Notes: generated from the letters alone by a model not told the origin. A stretch of 64,000 nucleotides of DNA from Dimorphilus gyrociliatus (GCA_904063045.1 CAJFCJ010000012.1:2046001-2110000), one strand, 5' to 3'; shown: positions 11,431-24,440, numbered from the stretch's first letter. Numbers and translations: made by a program.

Positions 11431-14400
11431 ATGAATAGAAAAAAGCAAAAATCCTCGGATGACGTGGAGGAAGAGCTTACATTGGAGACTGTTCTAGATC
11501 TTGGGGGTGAAAAGGTAACTTTGACTGAACATGTTCATTCTTCATAATTATATCCAAAATATTGTAATTCTCTCTTAACATTATCCTAAAGTTATGGAGT
11601 TTAGCATATAAATTAAGTATACGTATTAAATTAATGAATATTCGTTTACTACAAATCATAATTGTTAATAAATACTACAAAAAAACATTAGTTAATGGTT
11701 GAATTTTCCTTTCGATACTCTAGGAAGATTATAACCTCTTGAAAGATGTTGAAGATTGCGATGTGTTAGAATTTGAAGAGGATTTCGAAGCCGAACCTAT
11801 TAAAAGAGATGATGTTAGTTAAATACATTGAAAAATAATCTGTAATTATAGTTTTCTCTTTAAAAAAAATAGATTAGAAGTTTTATTAAAAATTTGGGAA
11901 TAAAAGAACATCGTGAAGAGTTTTATGGCGATACTGATGATAAAAAGAAGAAAGAACAAACTAAAGTAAAAGAAACTAATGATAAGAAAAAAGAGGAAGA
12001 TACACTTGAAAAGAAGAAGAAAAATAAAAATAAATTCAAGTCGGACGACGAGGAAAAGAAAGGAAGAAAGCAAGAAAAGCTTAAAAATACTAATAACTTA
12101 CAAAACCGAAAACATTTATTATTTAAAGATGTTGATATATGGTCATTTGATGAGGTTTGTTAATTAAGGACTACAATAATTATTAAATATAATAAAACTA
12201 TATATTAACTTCATCTATAATTAAAGGAAAATACTTCGTCCAGTCAAGATGTTGAACTTGGCCCCGATTATATAGAAAAGACTAAAACTTATACTTGGAA
12301 AATATTTGATGAAGAAGTCAATGCATACCAAAAAGGTATAGTAATAATAAATAAAGACTATTTAATAGATAGGGCCTCATTATCGTTTTTTTATTTACTT
12401 ATAATAGAACGAGACAAGAGAAAAAGTTCACAGAATAAATGGATGAAGACTGTTCTTTCTGGAGGAACTTTAAAAGATAAAACTGCAGCATTAACTCTAT
12501 TAATTCAAGAGTCACCTTTGCACAATCTTCCAAATTTAGATAATTTAATTAATATGGTAAAGAAAAAGGGAAGAAGAGAAGCTATGATTGCTCTAGGTTT
12601 TTATCTACTAGATTCTATTATTGATACTGCTGTATTAGAAATATTTATTATTTTTATTTAACAGATACGCTTAGAGAACTTTTCATATCTGATCTGTTAC
12701 CAGAAAGAAAGCTAAGGGATTTTGAACAGGTATTATTATACTATTACTATTGATATGATTAAACATATAGTTTTTTAAACATATTTAGTGTCCATTAAAT
12801 GATGCTGAAATAAAAGCTGGTATGAGTAAAGATGATCGAGATAAAAAACTCATCTTTTGGATGTATGAAAGTGAATTAAAGAAGAAATACAATGAATTTG
12901 TTAACGCGTTAAGTGTAAGTTGAAATTCCCTGTTTGAATGTATTAATTTCATTTCATTTACATTTGTAGGCTCATTTAAATGATCAAATAAGTGGTACGA
13001 AACAAAAAGCCCTTGGTAAATATTTTGTTTTATTTTTTCGTGTTAATATCATTATTTCATTGTTTTTATTTAACTTTTTATAATAGGCACTGTATCGGAA
13101 TTACTTGTTAAAAAACCTGAACAGGAAAAACAACTGTTGGCACTTATGGTTAATAAACTAGGTGATCCAGATTATAAAGTAGCTTCAAAAGCATGTTATT
13201 ATTTAACAAGATTACGTAAGTTACAGCTGCTATATTATCATAATATCTATTACTAAAAATAAATATATTTCAGTTGTTAATCATCCAAAGATGAATAGTA
13301 TAGTTGTTGATGAGGTAGAAAGGCTTTTATACAGAGCAAACATTGCTGTGAAAGCTCAGTAAGTTTATTATATTTGGTAAATGCAGACAAGATAATATAG
13401 CTTTATATTCTTTTTTGTTTTATTCAGATATTATTCAATATGCTTTTTAAATCAAATTCATTTTCAAAAAGATGAAAAAAATCTGGCTTCAAGACTGTTA
13501 AAAACATACTTTTCCTTTTTTAAGGTTATATTCGTATTTCTTTACGAGAAAACTTTAAAGTTTTTAGAATTTTATTATTATATTATCTTTGTTGAACAGG
13601 CATTTGTCCAAAAGAAGGATGTGGATAATAAAATTATGAGCGCACTTTTAATTGGTGTGAATAGAGCTTTTCCCTTCGCAAAAGGTACTAGTTCTCTTCA
13701 AGTTCTTTTCATATGATATGCGTATATATACTGTGTATATACATAAGATATACATTATAAAGCTGAGTTTATTTTCATTTTATATAATTGCAGATGATCA
13801 AACAAATATTCTTTCCGAAATCGAACCGTTATACAAGCTGATTCACACTGTCAACTTTAATACAAGTTTACAAGCATTAATGTTATTATATCAGGTTATG
13901 GATGCAAGGTGAAAATTCAATTGCCTACTATCTAAATCTATATTTATGATTTCATTTACTAATTTATTGATTTATTCCAATAGCGACAATATAAGTGATC
14001 GATATTATATGGCTTTGTATAGGAAGATGTTAGATCCCGCTTTAAAAAATTCTTCAAAACAAGTACAATTCTTGAATATTCTATTCAAGAGTATTAGAAA
14101 AGATACATCGGAAAAGCGAGTTAAAGCGTTTGTTAAGAGATTATTAGCGATTTGTTGTGTTAATTCTCCTAATTTTATTTGCGGTGCTCTGTTGATTGTT
14201 AGTGAGGTAAGGATATTTCTGTTTAACTTTTTGTATAATTTCTAACTGGTTCATTTTTAAAAAAGATTTGCTCAGAAAAGAAAAATTTACTTGTTACTGA
14301 AAAGTATGATGAGGTATATAGGCTCATATACCTTTATAATTTTTTATAAATATTTCTATACTATCTTTTAGGATTCGGATGACGAAGAACGTTTCGAAGA

Positions 14401-15958
14401 TCAAGCAGACGAAGAAGACGAAACGAAAGAAAAGGAAAATGGAATTGATAGCGTCGATGTAAAATCTCCAACTAATAAGTCATCATGGATTCATAAGAAA
14501 AATTTAGGGAGTAAGAACAATTTTTCCAATGAATGGATAGCAATATTCTAAAATATTTTTATTTTATAGCAACTCAGGAAACTTCAACTTATCAACCAAA
14601 TGTTAGAAACCCATTGTACTGTAATGCGGATCATGAATGTGTGTGGGAATTACAAAAATTAGAAGCTCATTATCATCCTTCAGTCTCTCTATTTGCAAAA
14701 AATTTACTTAATGTATGCTTGCAATATTCCTAAAAAAATAACTTCACATTTCTAAATATGCTTTTCTTTTCATGCAAATCTTTACAGAATGAAAAAATTA
14801 AATATGGGGGGGATCCACTAAACGATTTTACCCTTATTAGATTTTTAGATAGATTTGTATTTAGAAATCCTAAAAAGCACTTGAAAGATCCTGAGGAGAA
14901 GAAAGAAAAGAAGAAACAAAAAAATTACAATGACATTGCCGTTAACAGTGAAGAATTCGCAAAGAAAAAAGAAGAGGATGTTTCTGTTAATGATGTATTC
15001 TTTCATCGGTTCGTTTTTGTTTAAATTCAATGTATAGAGAATAGAATTGTAAACATTACTTACTCTATATCACCAATAGGTATTTTACCCAACAATCCGC
15101 TAAATATAAGTCTGGAGGAGCAGGTAGTGATGATGATGATGTCAGCGATGACGAATTTGAAGACTTTTTGGGTAATTAGAGTTAAAATATATAATACTTT
15201 TAATGACAGATGAACAATTATTATTTCATTGTTATTTAGATGGAGTGAAAAAGAGTAAGAAAACTACTAAGAAGAAATCGAAAAAAGACGACGACGACTA
15301 TGATGATAATAGCGATGAGGATGCTGATATAGATAGCGATGAAGATATTGATTTAGGCAGTGATGAAGATATCGATATGGGTAGTGCGGAGGAAGATTTT
15401 GAGGATGAAATGGATGATATTGATGATGAAGGCGACGAAGGTAAAGAAATATTATATTAAAACATCTACAATAAACATTATTTTTATTAAAATTAGACGA
15501 TTCGGACGATTTCGAAGAATTTGAGGCAAAATCTAATAAGAAAAATAAAAAGAAACAAGAGTTCGTTATTAAAATTTTCAGTTTGATTTATTAATTAAGC
15601 AAATCTATTTTTCATAGCTTATCGGATTTATTTGCTGACGCTGAAGAGGTAATAATTTGCTATTTCTAATACAAAACTTAAAAATTAATATTCCCTATCT
15701 TTTGCGCTTAGTTTGCGGAATATCTGGAGGAAGGAGCAACAAATAAAAGTCATGGAACTATGTCTAGTGATTATGTAAATAAAGATAATTCTTGTAAGTA
15801 TATCACGCTTTTAATATTTATATAATACATTATTAATTATTTTTATAATAAATTAAGCTATTAAACAATTAAAATGGGAGAGGAAAAGAGAAGGTCAAGG
15901 CAAAAAGAGAAAAGGAAAGAATACTGGTAAAAAACCTAACAAGAAAAGACGGAAATAG
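11431..15958 (+). CDS. CEBPZ: CCAAT/enhancer-binding protein zeta (NOC1/MAK21 60S biogenesis factor)
   Basis: Multi-exon: GGTLKDKTAALTLLIQESPLHNL, VNKLGDPDYKVASKA, CBF domain RYYMALYRKMLDP, HYHPSVSLFA, YGGDPLNDFTLIRFLDRFVFRNPK, acidic tail, basic C-terminus. Confidence 0.93.
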
Positions 15959-16016
15959 ATCAACAAAATTTATTTTCTAAGAAAAGACTTTATATAAAAC
16001 AGTATAAAAAATTGTT

Positions 16017-19000
16017 TTAATCATTAAAGAGGATTTCTGTAAATTCATTTATCATATTGCTTGTAAGTTCAGCTTGAATTTCATTGATTTCTCTTTCGTG
16101 ATCACTTAAAAACAGGAAAAGAAAAGAAATAGAATTATTATTACTTTTTTCTACTTAACATAGATTATTAATTTTTTATTGAACAAACTTACTAGATTGT
16201 TCTCACATCTTTACATTTAAACCTTTCAAAAGGTTCATCTTGAGACTTGGCTTTAGAAATCTTTTCAGTAATACTTATGTCTTCTTTAGAAAGATCTGTA
16301 TCGTAGGCTGTATATTCATAATTATCTTCTAAATCTTCCTCCTCTGATGGAGATGTAAAAAATCTTTTCATTAATCGGGAAACTAAATCGACCAATATAC
16401 AAACCATTCGTTTCTATCTTTTGTTTAATAATTTTAGCCTTTTTTAAAGACGCCTTCGCTAAAATATCTTCTCCACTTTTCTTAGCAACCAAGTGTAATT
16501 TCTACAAAATATTAGACAATACAAGTTAAAAATTCGACTTAAAATATCAAATTATATACCATGAATAAATCTTCTTCATTCAAATCAACTGCCATAAGAA
16601 AGGCTTTTTCAAAAGCTGAATATCTTATCAAATGTTTAAAATATCTTCGAGCAAGATTATCAACGTTCTTCTTGTATGTAAACTGAATATCCTTATCCCA
16701 ATTAGAAACTGGCGAATAGAATATGGCTAGAGCGCACTCAAATTGATTTTCACTTTCAGCAGTTAACGGCTGTCTTAACAGATAATTAATAATGCAAGCC
16801 AAACTGGCAAAAGTTCCATCCCTTTCCCGATCCCAATTAAGGGAAGAGGTAAATTTTATGGCCTGTAATAAAGAAATACAGTATAATATCGTATACTTTT
16901 CAAATGTTTTATATAATTACATAATCAATTTGGCCGTTTCTTAAGTAAAATTGAACGAGATATAGAGGAGACCAATATGCTTGTGTTTCAGCCGGATAGA
17001 AAATGCGCAAAAGACCAAAAGAAAATCCTTCAAAGTTTATAAGTAAATGGTCGCAACAATCTACAACAACACCTTGGTCCAAATTCAATTTATTCCAAGC
17101 AGCTAATTGAAATATTGGTGCCGATCTATAAAGATAATTTTCAAATATACTATATTAATATAATTATTTATATAAACGGAAAAACCTTAAAATTGATGAA
17201 AATTCAAAAGTTTCTTTTCCATTTTTAAATTGGTCGGATAAAATCGATGTTTTCCAAACATTCAATGAAATATCATGAATCTATTAGGGGAAACGATGAA
17301 ATGTCATTATAATAGCCTATACTTAGTAAAACTTTTAGTTAAATTATTTACCTGCATTTCGGAACAATCGCTAAATACTACATAAAATAAATCCGAAGGA
17401 TGCCAAATAATACTATTCACATTCTATAAAATGAATAATGTTTTATTATGAAATAGAGAAATTTAGTGAAAAGTCGCTTACCAATTTTGTATGGCCTTTA
17501 ACAATAATGCACTTTTCCAAGTGTACAATACACATCGTACCGTCTAAACAATATAAAACGAGTCTTTGCTGATCATTCGACCAGCTACAAACTAGGACGG
17601 AAGATGATAGTTTAAAAATTTTTCTCGAGTTATCTCTTGGAAGCTGTAATACATAGTTTACTAATTATGAAGAATATAACAATAAATAATAATCTTTACA
17701 CTGTGTTTACTAGTTTGTTTCGCATCGTAACAAACAAGATTGATTTGAGTACAACCATTTTCGGCAGGCGCTTGCTCGACGCTTAATAATTTATTGTTAT
17801 CGTTGATACTGTATAATTGATAAATGAATAAATACATAAATAGAAGATTATGAGAATAGTAGAGATAAAAAAAAAGGCAAACCTAAACACAACAGAAAGA
17901 GGATCGCTTTCAGAATTTCGATGGCAAACTATATTACTTTTTTCCCTAATGTTGATAAATAACGTGTAAAAATATATATATATATATATATGTATTAGTA
18001 ATACATTGAATAATATTACTCTACGAACCCTTCTAAACTTATAAGAACAAGATTAGATCTTTCGTCATCGGCTGTCCAAGGTCTTGCTTCATCAGTGGAA
18101 TTTGTCCACCAAATACACGCCTTTTTACATAGAAAGTTTAAAAGTAATAATATATTAATATAAGATACAAAATTGAATTACAAAGTAAACAAACCAAATT
18201 ATTAAAGTTACTATAGATAATATTTCGCTGTAATTTTCTTCCAATCGGCCCAGGTAGAGGTAATTGCGTGACCTACATTTTAAAAGAGAAATCTGTTTAT
18301 TAACAAAGAAACAACAGTAATGATTAAAGATATTGAACATACATTCAATTCTTGAGTTTGTATTAGTCCAATAAATTTATCGGTTATGATTGAGAAAAAA
18401 TAGTGAAAAGTAGGAATATTCGAATAGGTAACGGCAGCAAAGTTACTTTCCAATATGGCTAATATGAATATGTTTTTAATATATTAATATAAATACTGTA
18501 TATATAAAAACAAACCATCGCTAATAATATTATTTCCAACTTTAGCAATTAAACTTTTATCTAAAGTAAGACTATCGATATCTCCCGTATGAAGGCTTAC
18601 GCTAATGTTAGCCAATAATCCGTTACTTAATACAAGCTAATAAAAAGTGTTTAGAAATTAGGTAGTTAATTTAAATAATAAATATTAACAAACAAATAGA
18701 ATACCTGTAGATCGTAAGGTGTGTTCCATTTGCATTTTACACAGGTATTTAACTTAAGGGAATCCTGTTTTTTTTGTATAAATGTTAATTTATCTTTTTA
18801 TTATTACATTATTAAATGTATATATACTAATATACAATTACCGTTAATTCAATAATCGCTTCTTTTAGTTTTCTATTCTTTAGAATGTACGTAGAATCTC
18901 TACCTATTGGAACAGTTAATTTTTTTGTTCTTTCAGTAAATCATATAGACGTATATACGCATATTACTTTCTATATAATGCATCTTTTGTATTTCGCTTG

Positions 19001-19172
19001 TTGCCTTAAGTTTTTCAGTTTTATCATGATAACGAGAGAAGCCGACATCATAGTCTTGAAAGAATATATAAAAGGAAACATTGAAAAAAAGTTAATATGT
19101 TAATGTTATTTTACCATCGCCGATCAGATCGTGTTTAAAAGTCCAAAATTTTACTTCAAATAACGCATTCAT
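16017..19172 (-). CDS. WDPCP: WD repeat-containing and planar cell polarity effector protein fritz
   Basis: C-terminal region IINYLLRQPLTAESENQFECALAIFYSP...LARRYFKHLIRYSAFEKAFLMAVDLNEEDLFM matches the fritz signature. First exon MNALFEVKFWTFKHDLIGD at 19172; many short exons; stop at 16017. Confidence 0.88.
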
Positions 19173-19465
19173 TAATTAAACTTTTAATGGAATTTTTCCA
19201 GGTTAATCTGATAAAGTTGTGTAGATTTGTTTGGTTGAGCGTTATTAAAAGAAAACATTTAAAGTAAAATATTCTTTATATTTTATTATTTACGTAAACT
19301 GGTAAGACGTTTAAAAATAAGTTTCAAGTTTTCCTTATAGCACCAATTTAACTATAGATTAGTTTTCATAAATTGTATTTTTACTAACTCATGTATCGTA
19401 AATGAACAATTCAATGCATTAACGTAATGTTGAAATCATTTGTAAACATGTCAATCAACAATAAG

Positions 19466-20293
19466 TCAAGATGAAAATTTTATGTTGTAAATCATAAGAA
19501 TTTTTTGAATTTTCTTCTCTTCCTCAACAAGATGAGTTTTTTCACTAACTAGACGATTAATAGCAAATGATAGGCCATTAATTTCATTCCTTACACTCTG
19601 TAATCTATTCAACATAGATATTTTTTTCTTCTGCCTTTCGTTTTCACATTCACACGATACTCTAGGCTTATCGTTAGGCTTACTGGGAGAGAAATGTATG
19701 TGTTTGGGTGGTGATCTTGGTGGTCTTGGTTTATGAAGTGAATACTGTTTGCTAGAAGCCAATTCTAAAACTTTACCAATAACCAATCTATCGGGTAACT
19801 TCTTCTCAGTCATACTACGATTGCTGATTATAACTGGCAATTCTTGTTTGTGAGCGTTTTGTATTCCATTAATTAGTCGAACGTTATGCAGCAAAGGTTT
19901 TGTACCGTCGCATTCGAAAAACAAATAATCCGTAAGACAGTTTAAAGGTGGCCGTTCAATGGAAAAGAGTTTCGTTTCTCCCGGTAGAAGTGTAACTGGA
20001 CCGTCCAAGACAAGAGGAAGACCTTCAACGTCGATTACGAAATAATCCAATAGAGACTTTGCAGTATCCTCTTCATTTCCAATCTTAAGCATTTCATTCA
20101 ATGAATGGAATGTAAAAGCAAGTTCGTCTCTACATGCAACATTCATTTGTCTTATGGGAACTATTCTCTTCTTTTTCATTATATCTTCGGGCCAATCGTC
20201 ATCCGCTTTAATGGATAAACTTTTAGCAAGTTGTTCATGTAATGCCATAATAATTGAATAACTCGACAGAAAATATTTCTCTCGAGTAGACAA
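19466..20293 (-). CDS. Orphan intronless ORF of about 260-275 aa with a dUTPase-like/Gypsy-polyprotein-like central region and a C-terminal coiled coil
   Basis: Uninterrupted ORF; central VLDGPVTLLPGETKLF...LPVIISNRSMTEKKLPDRLVIGKVL. The domain call is inference. Confidence 0.65.
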   Translation of the reverse strand: MSTREKYFLSSYSIIMALHEQLAKSLSIKADDDWPEDIMKKKRIVPIRQMNVACRDELAFTFHSLNEMLKIGNEEDTAKSLLDYFVIDVEGLPLVLDGPVTLLPGETKLFSIERPPLNCLTDYLFFECDGTKPLLHNVRLINGIQNAHKQELPVIISNRSMTEKKLPDRLVIGKVLELASSKQYSLHKPRPPRSPPKHIHFSPSKPNDKPRVSCECENERQKKKISMLNRLQSVRNEINGLSFAINRLVSEKTHLVEEEKKIQKILMIYNIKFSS

Positions 20294-20678
20294 TAGCTTC
20301 TAATCACTTTTAACTTTGAGCTGTCAGCTGAGTACTTTCTTTAAACAAGTTTTGTTTAGACCATGTAAAGTATAAGTTCGTCCAAACTAGGGGTGTCGGG
20401 ATGGGGGTTTGAGTTTTTTTGCATGTAAAAAATGAGGTAAGTTAAGTATAATCGTAGTAATTAACTAGATCAGTTGAATAATCTTACGATTATGATATGA
20501 AAATTAAAAATTGATATTTAATTATAACTTTAAAACCTTTTTTTTTATTAGACATTTGAACGTGAGAAACAAGGACATTCCACAATAGAACATTTTGCAA
20601 TGTAACAGTTGTTTTTTGATTCCCTACGAAATAAGGTGATGCTCTTCTTATTTTTTTGGTCTGTTGAAAAAAAATTGG

Positions 20679-23600
20679 CTATAAATTTGTTGAGTCGTTT
20701 CTTTTTAAAGATGGAGATTTTAATCTTGAATTTCTTAATTCTAATTTAAGTTTAATCTCTTCATCGTTCCTTTGTTGATAAATTGTTTCTGTTAAGTTAT
20801 TATTAAAGACTTTAGAGTTATTAATCTGTTCTTTTAAACTTATTATATATTCTTCTAATTTGATAATTTCTTTTGTTTTTTCATTTGTTAATGCTCTATT
20901 ATTCTCAAGGTCAACTGCTAATTTCTGAGCCGATTGAAAGAATACAGCACGCTCTTTTTCATATAATTTTAAACGGTTTTTCAAATCTTGATCCGGAATG
21001 CTTTTACTTTGTTGAACATTTTGAATATTATCTATTTTTCTCTTAAGTGTGGAATTCTCCGAAGTTATTTCGGTAATTTGTAATTCAAGCGTTTGTATAT
21101 GAGATTCTTTTGTCATTGAACTTGTTTCAGTTATATTTAACTTATTCTTTAATTGAAGATTTTGCTCTTTTTCTATTTGTAGTTCTTGTTCAATTTTATC
21201 TAAGAGACTTTTGTAAGCAGTTGGAGTCATTCGTTCCTGCGTACTTTCGTCCACAGACTGAGAATACGCACCTATACTACTCTGCTGTCGAAGAGCCTTA
21301 ACATGCTCTTCGGCCAATTTTCTCGAACTTATTTCCTGATATAAACGTTTCTTTAGAGCGTCTATTGTCTTATCGAAATTTGTATTTTTTGAACTTAACG
21401 TTTCCCTAACTTCTTGTAATGCTAATAGAGACGCCTCTGTTATGTTTAAATCTGTTTTTGATTTATTTAGCTCATTCTGTAGTTGATTAATTTCTTCTCG
21501 AGAAGCATTTGATAATTCGAATAGCTCAGAACGTAAGAGAAATACTTCCTTAGTATATTCTTCTTTCACTAACTTAATACCTTCTTTCATTTGTTCAATA
21601 TTCATTCTTAGTTTATCATTTTGCTGAGCGATAACACTATGTTTCTCCCTTTCATTCCTCAAATCCTCAGATATATTATCAATAACAGTTTGGCTTTCCT
21701 TTAACTCTAATTCAGATTGCATCAGTTGACATTCCAACTCTTTTCTTCCCTTTGCTTCACTCTCCATTTGACCGATGGATTGATAGCAAGATCTAATTTG
21801 AAGATCCTTAGTTCTAAGCTGTTCTTTCAGATCAACAACTTCCTCCCTTAAACTCTTAACAATATCCTCCATATTCTGTTTATCTTTCTTTACATGACTA
21901 ATATCGGAAATAAAATCTTCCCTAATATTATCTATAGCATGTTTGTATTTATTTTGTTCCCTTTGCAGCATATCCTCGCACATTTCCAACTTACGGAACG
22001 AATTCTTCGACTCTTCTATTAATTTTTCATTTTCATTTCTCAACTGTTCCATTTGTAATCTTTCTTGTCGTATTCTTTGTTCTAAATTGCTAACTTCCTG
22101 TTCGTAATTTTTTATTTTCTCAACTAAATGTGCTTGTTGTTTTTCCTCTAAAAGATATTGTTCTCTTAACGACATATGCAAATTTTGTTCCTTGTCGAAA
22201 GCGGCTTGAACCATCTCCAATTCGATTCTCATTTTTTCTTGAGCATCGTTTAGGAAGTTTAATTCGCCTCTCATATTGGAAATTTTTTTCCTTTCTTCCT
22301 TAAGAATTTGTTGATCAGTGAGAGCTTGTTGTTTAAGTCTTTGATTATCCTTTTGTAAAAGTTTATTTTGATCCGTAAATTTACTAAGACGAGAATTTAA
22401 ACATTTTTTCTCATCTTCCGCTGCCGCTATTTGACTTTGAACATTTCTAAGATCGCCTTGTAAAGATATAATCATATTTTGAGCATTATTATAAAGTTTC
22501 TCAGATTCTAATGACGAATTTCTGGCATCTCCTAATCTTCGACTATTCTCAATAATATCATCTTTAGTTCTCTCTAATTCTTCGCTAAGTCTTTCTATAT
22601 CTCTTTCGAAAGCAAATCTATCTGAAGATAGGCGTTCTTTTTCAGCTTTTAATTTTTCAATCAATTCTTTCATTATGCATACTTGTTTCGTTTTTTCATC
22701 GTATTCGCTCATGACCTTTTCCAATTCTTCTCTATTTGATAAATTATCCTCTGTTACAAATTCTAATTTTCTATTTAAATCTTCAATCTCTAAATTTGCC
22801 ACATTTAATAAATTTCTCGTTTGGCTCATTTCACAACTACGAGCTTCGGCTTCGGACTTTGAGGATACAATTTCTCCCATTAATATACGATTATCTTCTT
22901 TCAGCTGAGCAACGGCTTCTTCGTAGTCTTTTTTCAATTTTAATGTTTCGCTTTCCATTGACGATAGAATTTCTTGCGATTGATTCTCCATTTTCATTGC
23001 TTTTTCTTCGAATTTTATTAATTCCGCCTTAAATTGATCTCTTTCGTTGAAAGAATTATTTAATGCATCTTCTAGGTCAACTCTTGACGCCATCAGTTGA
23101 GCAACAATACTCTTTTCTATCATTAATTGTCTTGTAAATTCCTTTAGTTTTCTTGTCAATTCCGTATTATCTTTTAGAGTTTTATTTAAGGAATCCTTAG
23201 AAGATTCAGCGTCATGCTTAAGCTTGTCAATCTCGATTTCCATTGATTTTACTTTCATCTCTGATTCAACGATAGAAGACGTTAGATTAATTTGACCATT
23301 CTCGACAAGAGTCAGTAACCCCTCTCTTAGTTCATCGTTCTTTTCTTGGAGGACTTTTTCTAGCATCATACTTCTTTCTTTCAATCTTTCATATTCGCCA
23401 GTTATAAATTCGAGTTGAACGGATTTTTCGCCTAGCTCCTTCTCCATCGCTCCAATTTTCGCTTGAGCATCTTTAACTTGTTGAGCTTTAATCATTTCCG
23501 TTTCTTCAATTGCAGAGCCGTCGTCAGCATCTGCTTCTCCATTAGCTCTTAGATGCCTTGGACGAGTCGAAGGTGCTGTAGCACTTCGAAGAACATCGCA

Positions 23601-24440
23601 AACTCCTAGACTGTCGTCAAAAAAGGTGGTAGACTGATAGTTATTATTACTAATATTTCCCCTATTTTTGACATCTTTTAAAGATAATAGAGCATATTTC
23701 TCGCTTTCGCTATCTTTAAGTGTTCGAAAAAGATTTTTCGAGCGGAAATGATCGTCTCCACTAAAATCTTCTGCAGTATAACTAATATCTTCACCTGGTT
23801 TACGAGTACTCATTTTCTTATCAGTAAAGTAGACATTTTTATTTAAGGTATACATAGCTCTTTTGACATCCTTTTCAAAAATGTCCATTTCAATTTTTGT
23901 ATAATTAAGAACCGGTAAAGTTACTTCTACTTGACCTTCTTGATTTTTAACTCTATCTATTCGACATTTGGTTTCGGGTAGATTTAAAAGGGTCTCGCAT
24001 ACTTCTGGCTCTCTTAGCAGAGAACATAAATAAGCAGGACCGTTTAGCGAAGTCAACTTTTCGCGTACATCATTATTTATCTTTATTAAAGTTTGCATAG
24101 ATTCATCTTTCATCACCGACTCTTGTAATTCTCTATCTCGTTCGATTACGTTAACAATCAATGGGTTTAATAGAGCATAAACAAGAATATCTCGATTGGG
24201 GATAATCTTTTTCAGATTTTCAACTTCCTCCGCATCTTTAAAATCATCTCTCTTCATTACGTTAACAAGAACTTCTTGTTGCAGAATTAGTTCTCTATCT
24301 TCAGCATTCATCCACAATTGGGCTAAAACCTCTGGTTTAGATGATAAATACTCATGAAATCCAGGATCTTGTAAAAGTGTTCGACGCGTAGAGTCATCTT
24401 TCAAAATAATAGGTAAAAGTTCAGTAGTTTCCCTTGACAA
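20679..24440 (-). CDS. Large coiled-coil protein (at least 1253 aa), family unassigned
   Basis: 3.76-kb stop-free exon with heptad-rich E/K/L/Q composition over about 900 aa and a helical N-terminal region. A short upstream exon (ATG near 24605) is possible. Confidence 0.85.
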   Translation of the reverse strand: MSRETTELLPIILKDDSTRRTLLQDPGFHEYLSSKPEVLAQLWMNAEDRELILQQEVLVNVMKRDDFKDAEEVENLKKIIPNRDILVYALLNPLIVNVIERDRELQESVMKDESMQTLIKINNDVREKLTSLNGPAYLCSLLREPEVCETLLNLPETKCRIDRVKNQEGQVEVTLPVLNYTKIEMDIFEKDVKRAMYTLNKNVYFTDKKMSTRKPGEDISYTAEDFSGDDHFRSKNLFRTLKDSESEKYALLSLKDVKNRGNISNNNYQSTTFFDDSLGVCDVLRSATAPSTRPRHLRANGEADADDGSAIEETEMIKAQQVKDAQAKIGAMEKELGEKSVQLEFITGEYERLKERSMMLEKVLQEKNDELREGLLTLVENGQINLTSSIVESEMKVKSMEIEIDKLKHDAESSKDSLNKTLKDNTELTRKLKEFTRQLMIEKSIVAQLMASRVDLEDALNNSFNERDQFKAELIKFEEKAMKMENQSQEILSSMESETLKLKKDYEEAVAQLKEDNRILMGEIVSSKSEAEARSCEMSQTRNLLNVANLEIEDLNRKLEFVTEDNLSNREELEKVMSEYDEKTKQVCIMKELIEKLKAEKERLSSDRFAFERDIERLSEELERTKDDIIENSRRLGDARNSSLESEKLYNNAQNMIISLQGDLRNVQSQIAAAEDEKKCLNSRLSKFTDQNKLLQKDNQRLKQQALTDQQILKEERKKISNMRGELNFLNDAQEKMRIELEMVQAAFDKEQNLHMSLREQYLLEEKQQAHLVEKIKNYEQEVSNLEQRIRQERLQMEQLRNENEKLIEESKNSFRKLEMCEDMLQREQNKYKHAIDNIREDFISDISHVKKDKQNMEDIVKSLREEVVDLKEQLRTKDLQIRSCYQSIGQMESEAKGRKELECQLMQSELELKESQTVIDNISEDLRNEREKHSVIAQQNDKLRMNIEQMKEGIKLVKEEYTKEVFLLRSELFELSNASREEINQLQNELNKSKTDLNITEASLLALQEVRETLSSKNTNFDKTIDALKKRLYQEISSRKLAEEHVKALRQQSSIGAYSQSVDESTQERMTPTAYKSLLDKIEQELQIEKEQNLQLKNKLNITETSSMTKESHIQTLELQITEITSENSTLKRKIDNIQNVQQSKSIPDQDLKNRLKLYEKERAVFFQSAQKLAVDLENNRALTNEKTKEIIKLEEYIISLKEQINNSKVFNNNLTETIYQQRNDEEIKLKLELRNSRLKSPSLKRNDSTNL

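Noticed and set aside
20388-20410. G-rich GGGGTGTCGGGATGGGGG as a G-quadruplex
   Set aside because: Only three G-runs; not a canonical intramolecular G4.
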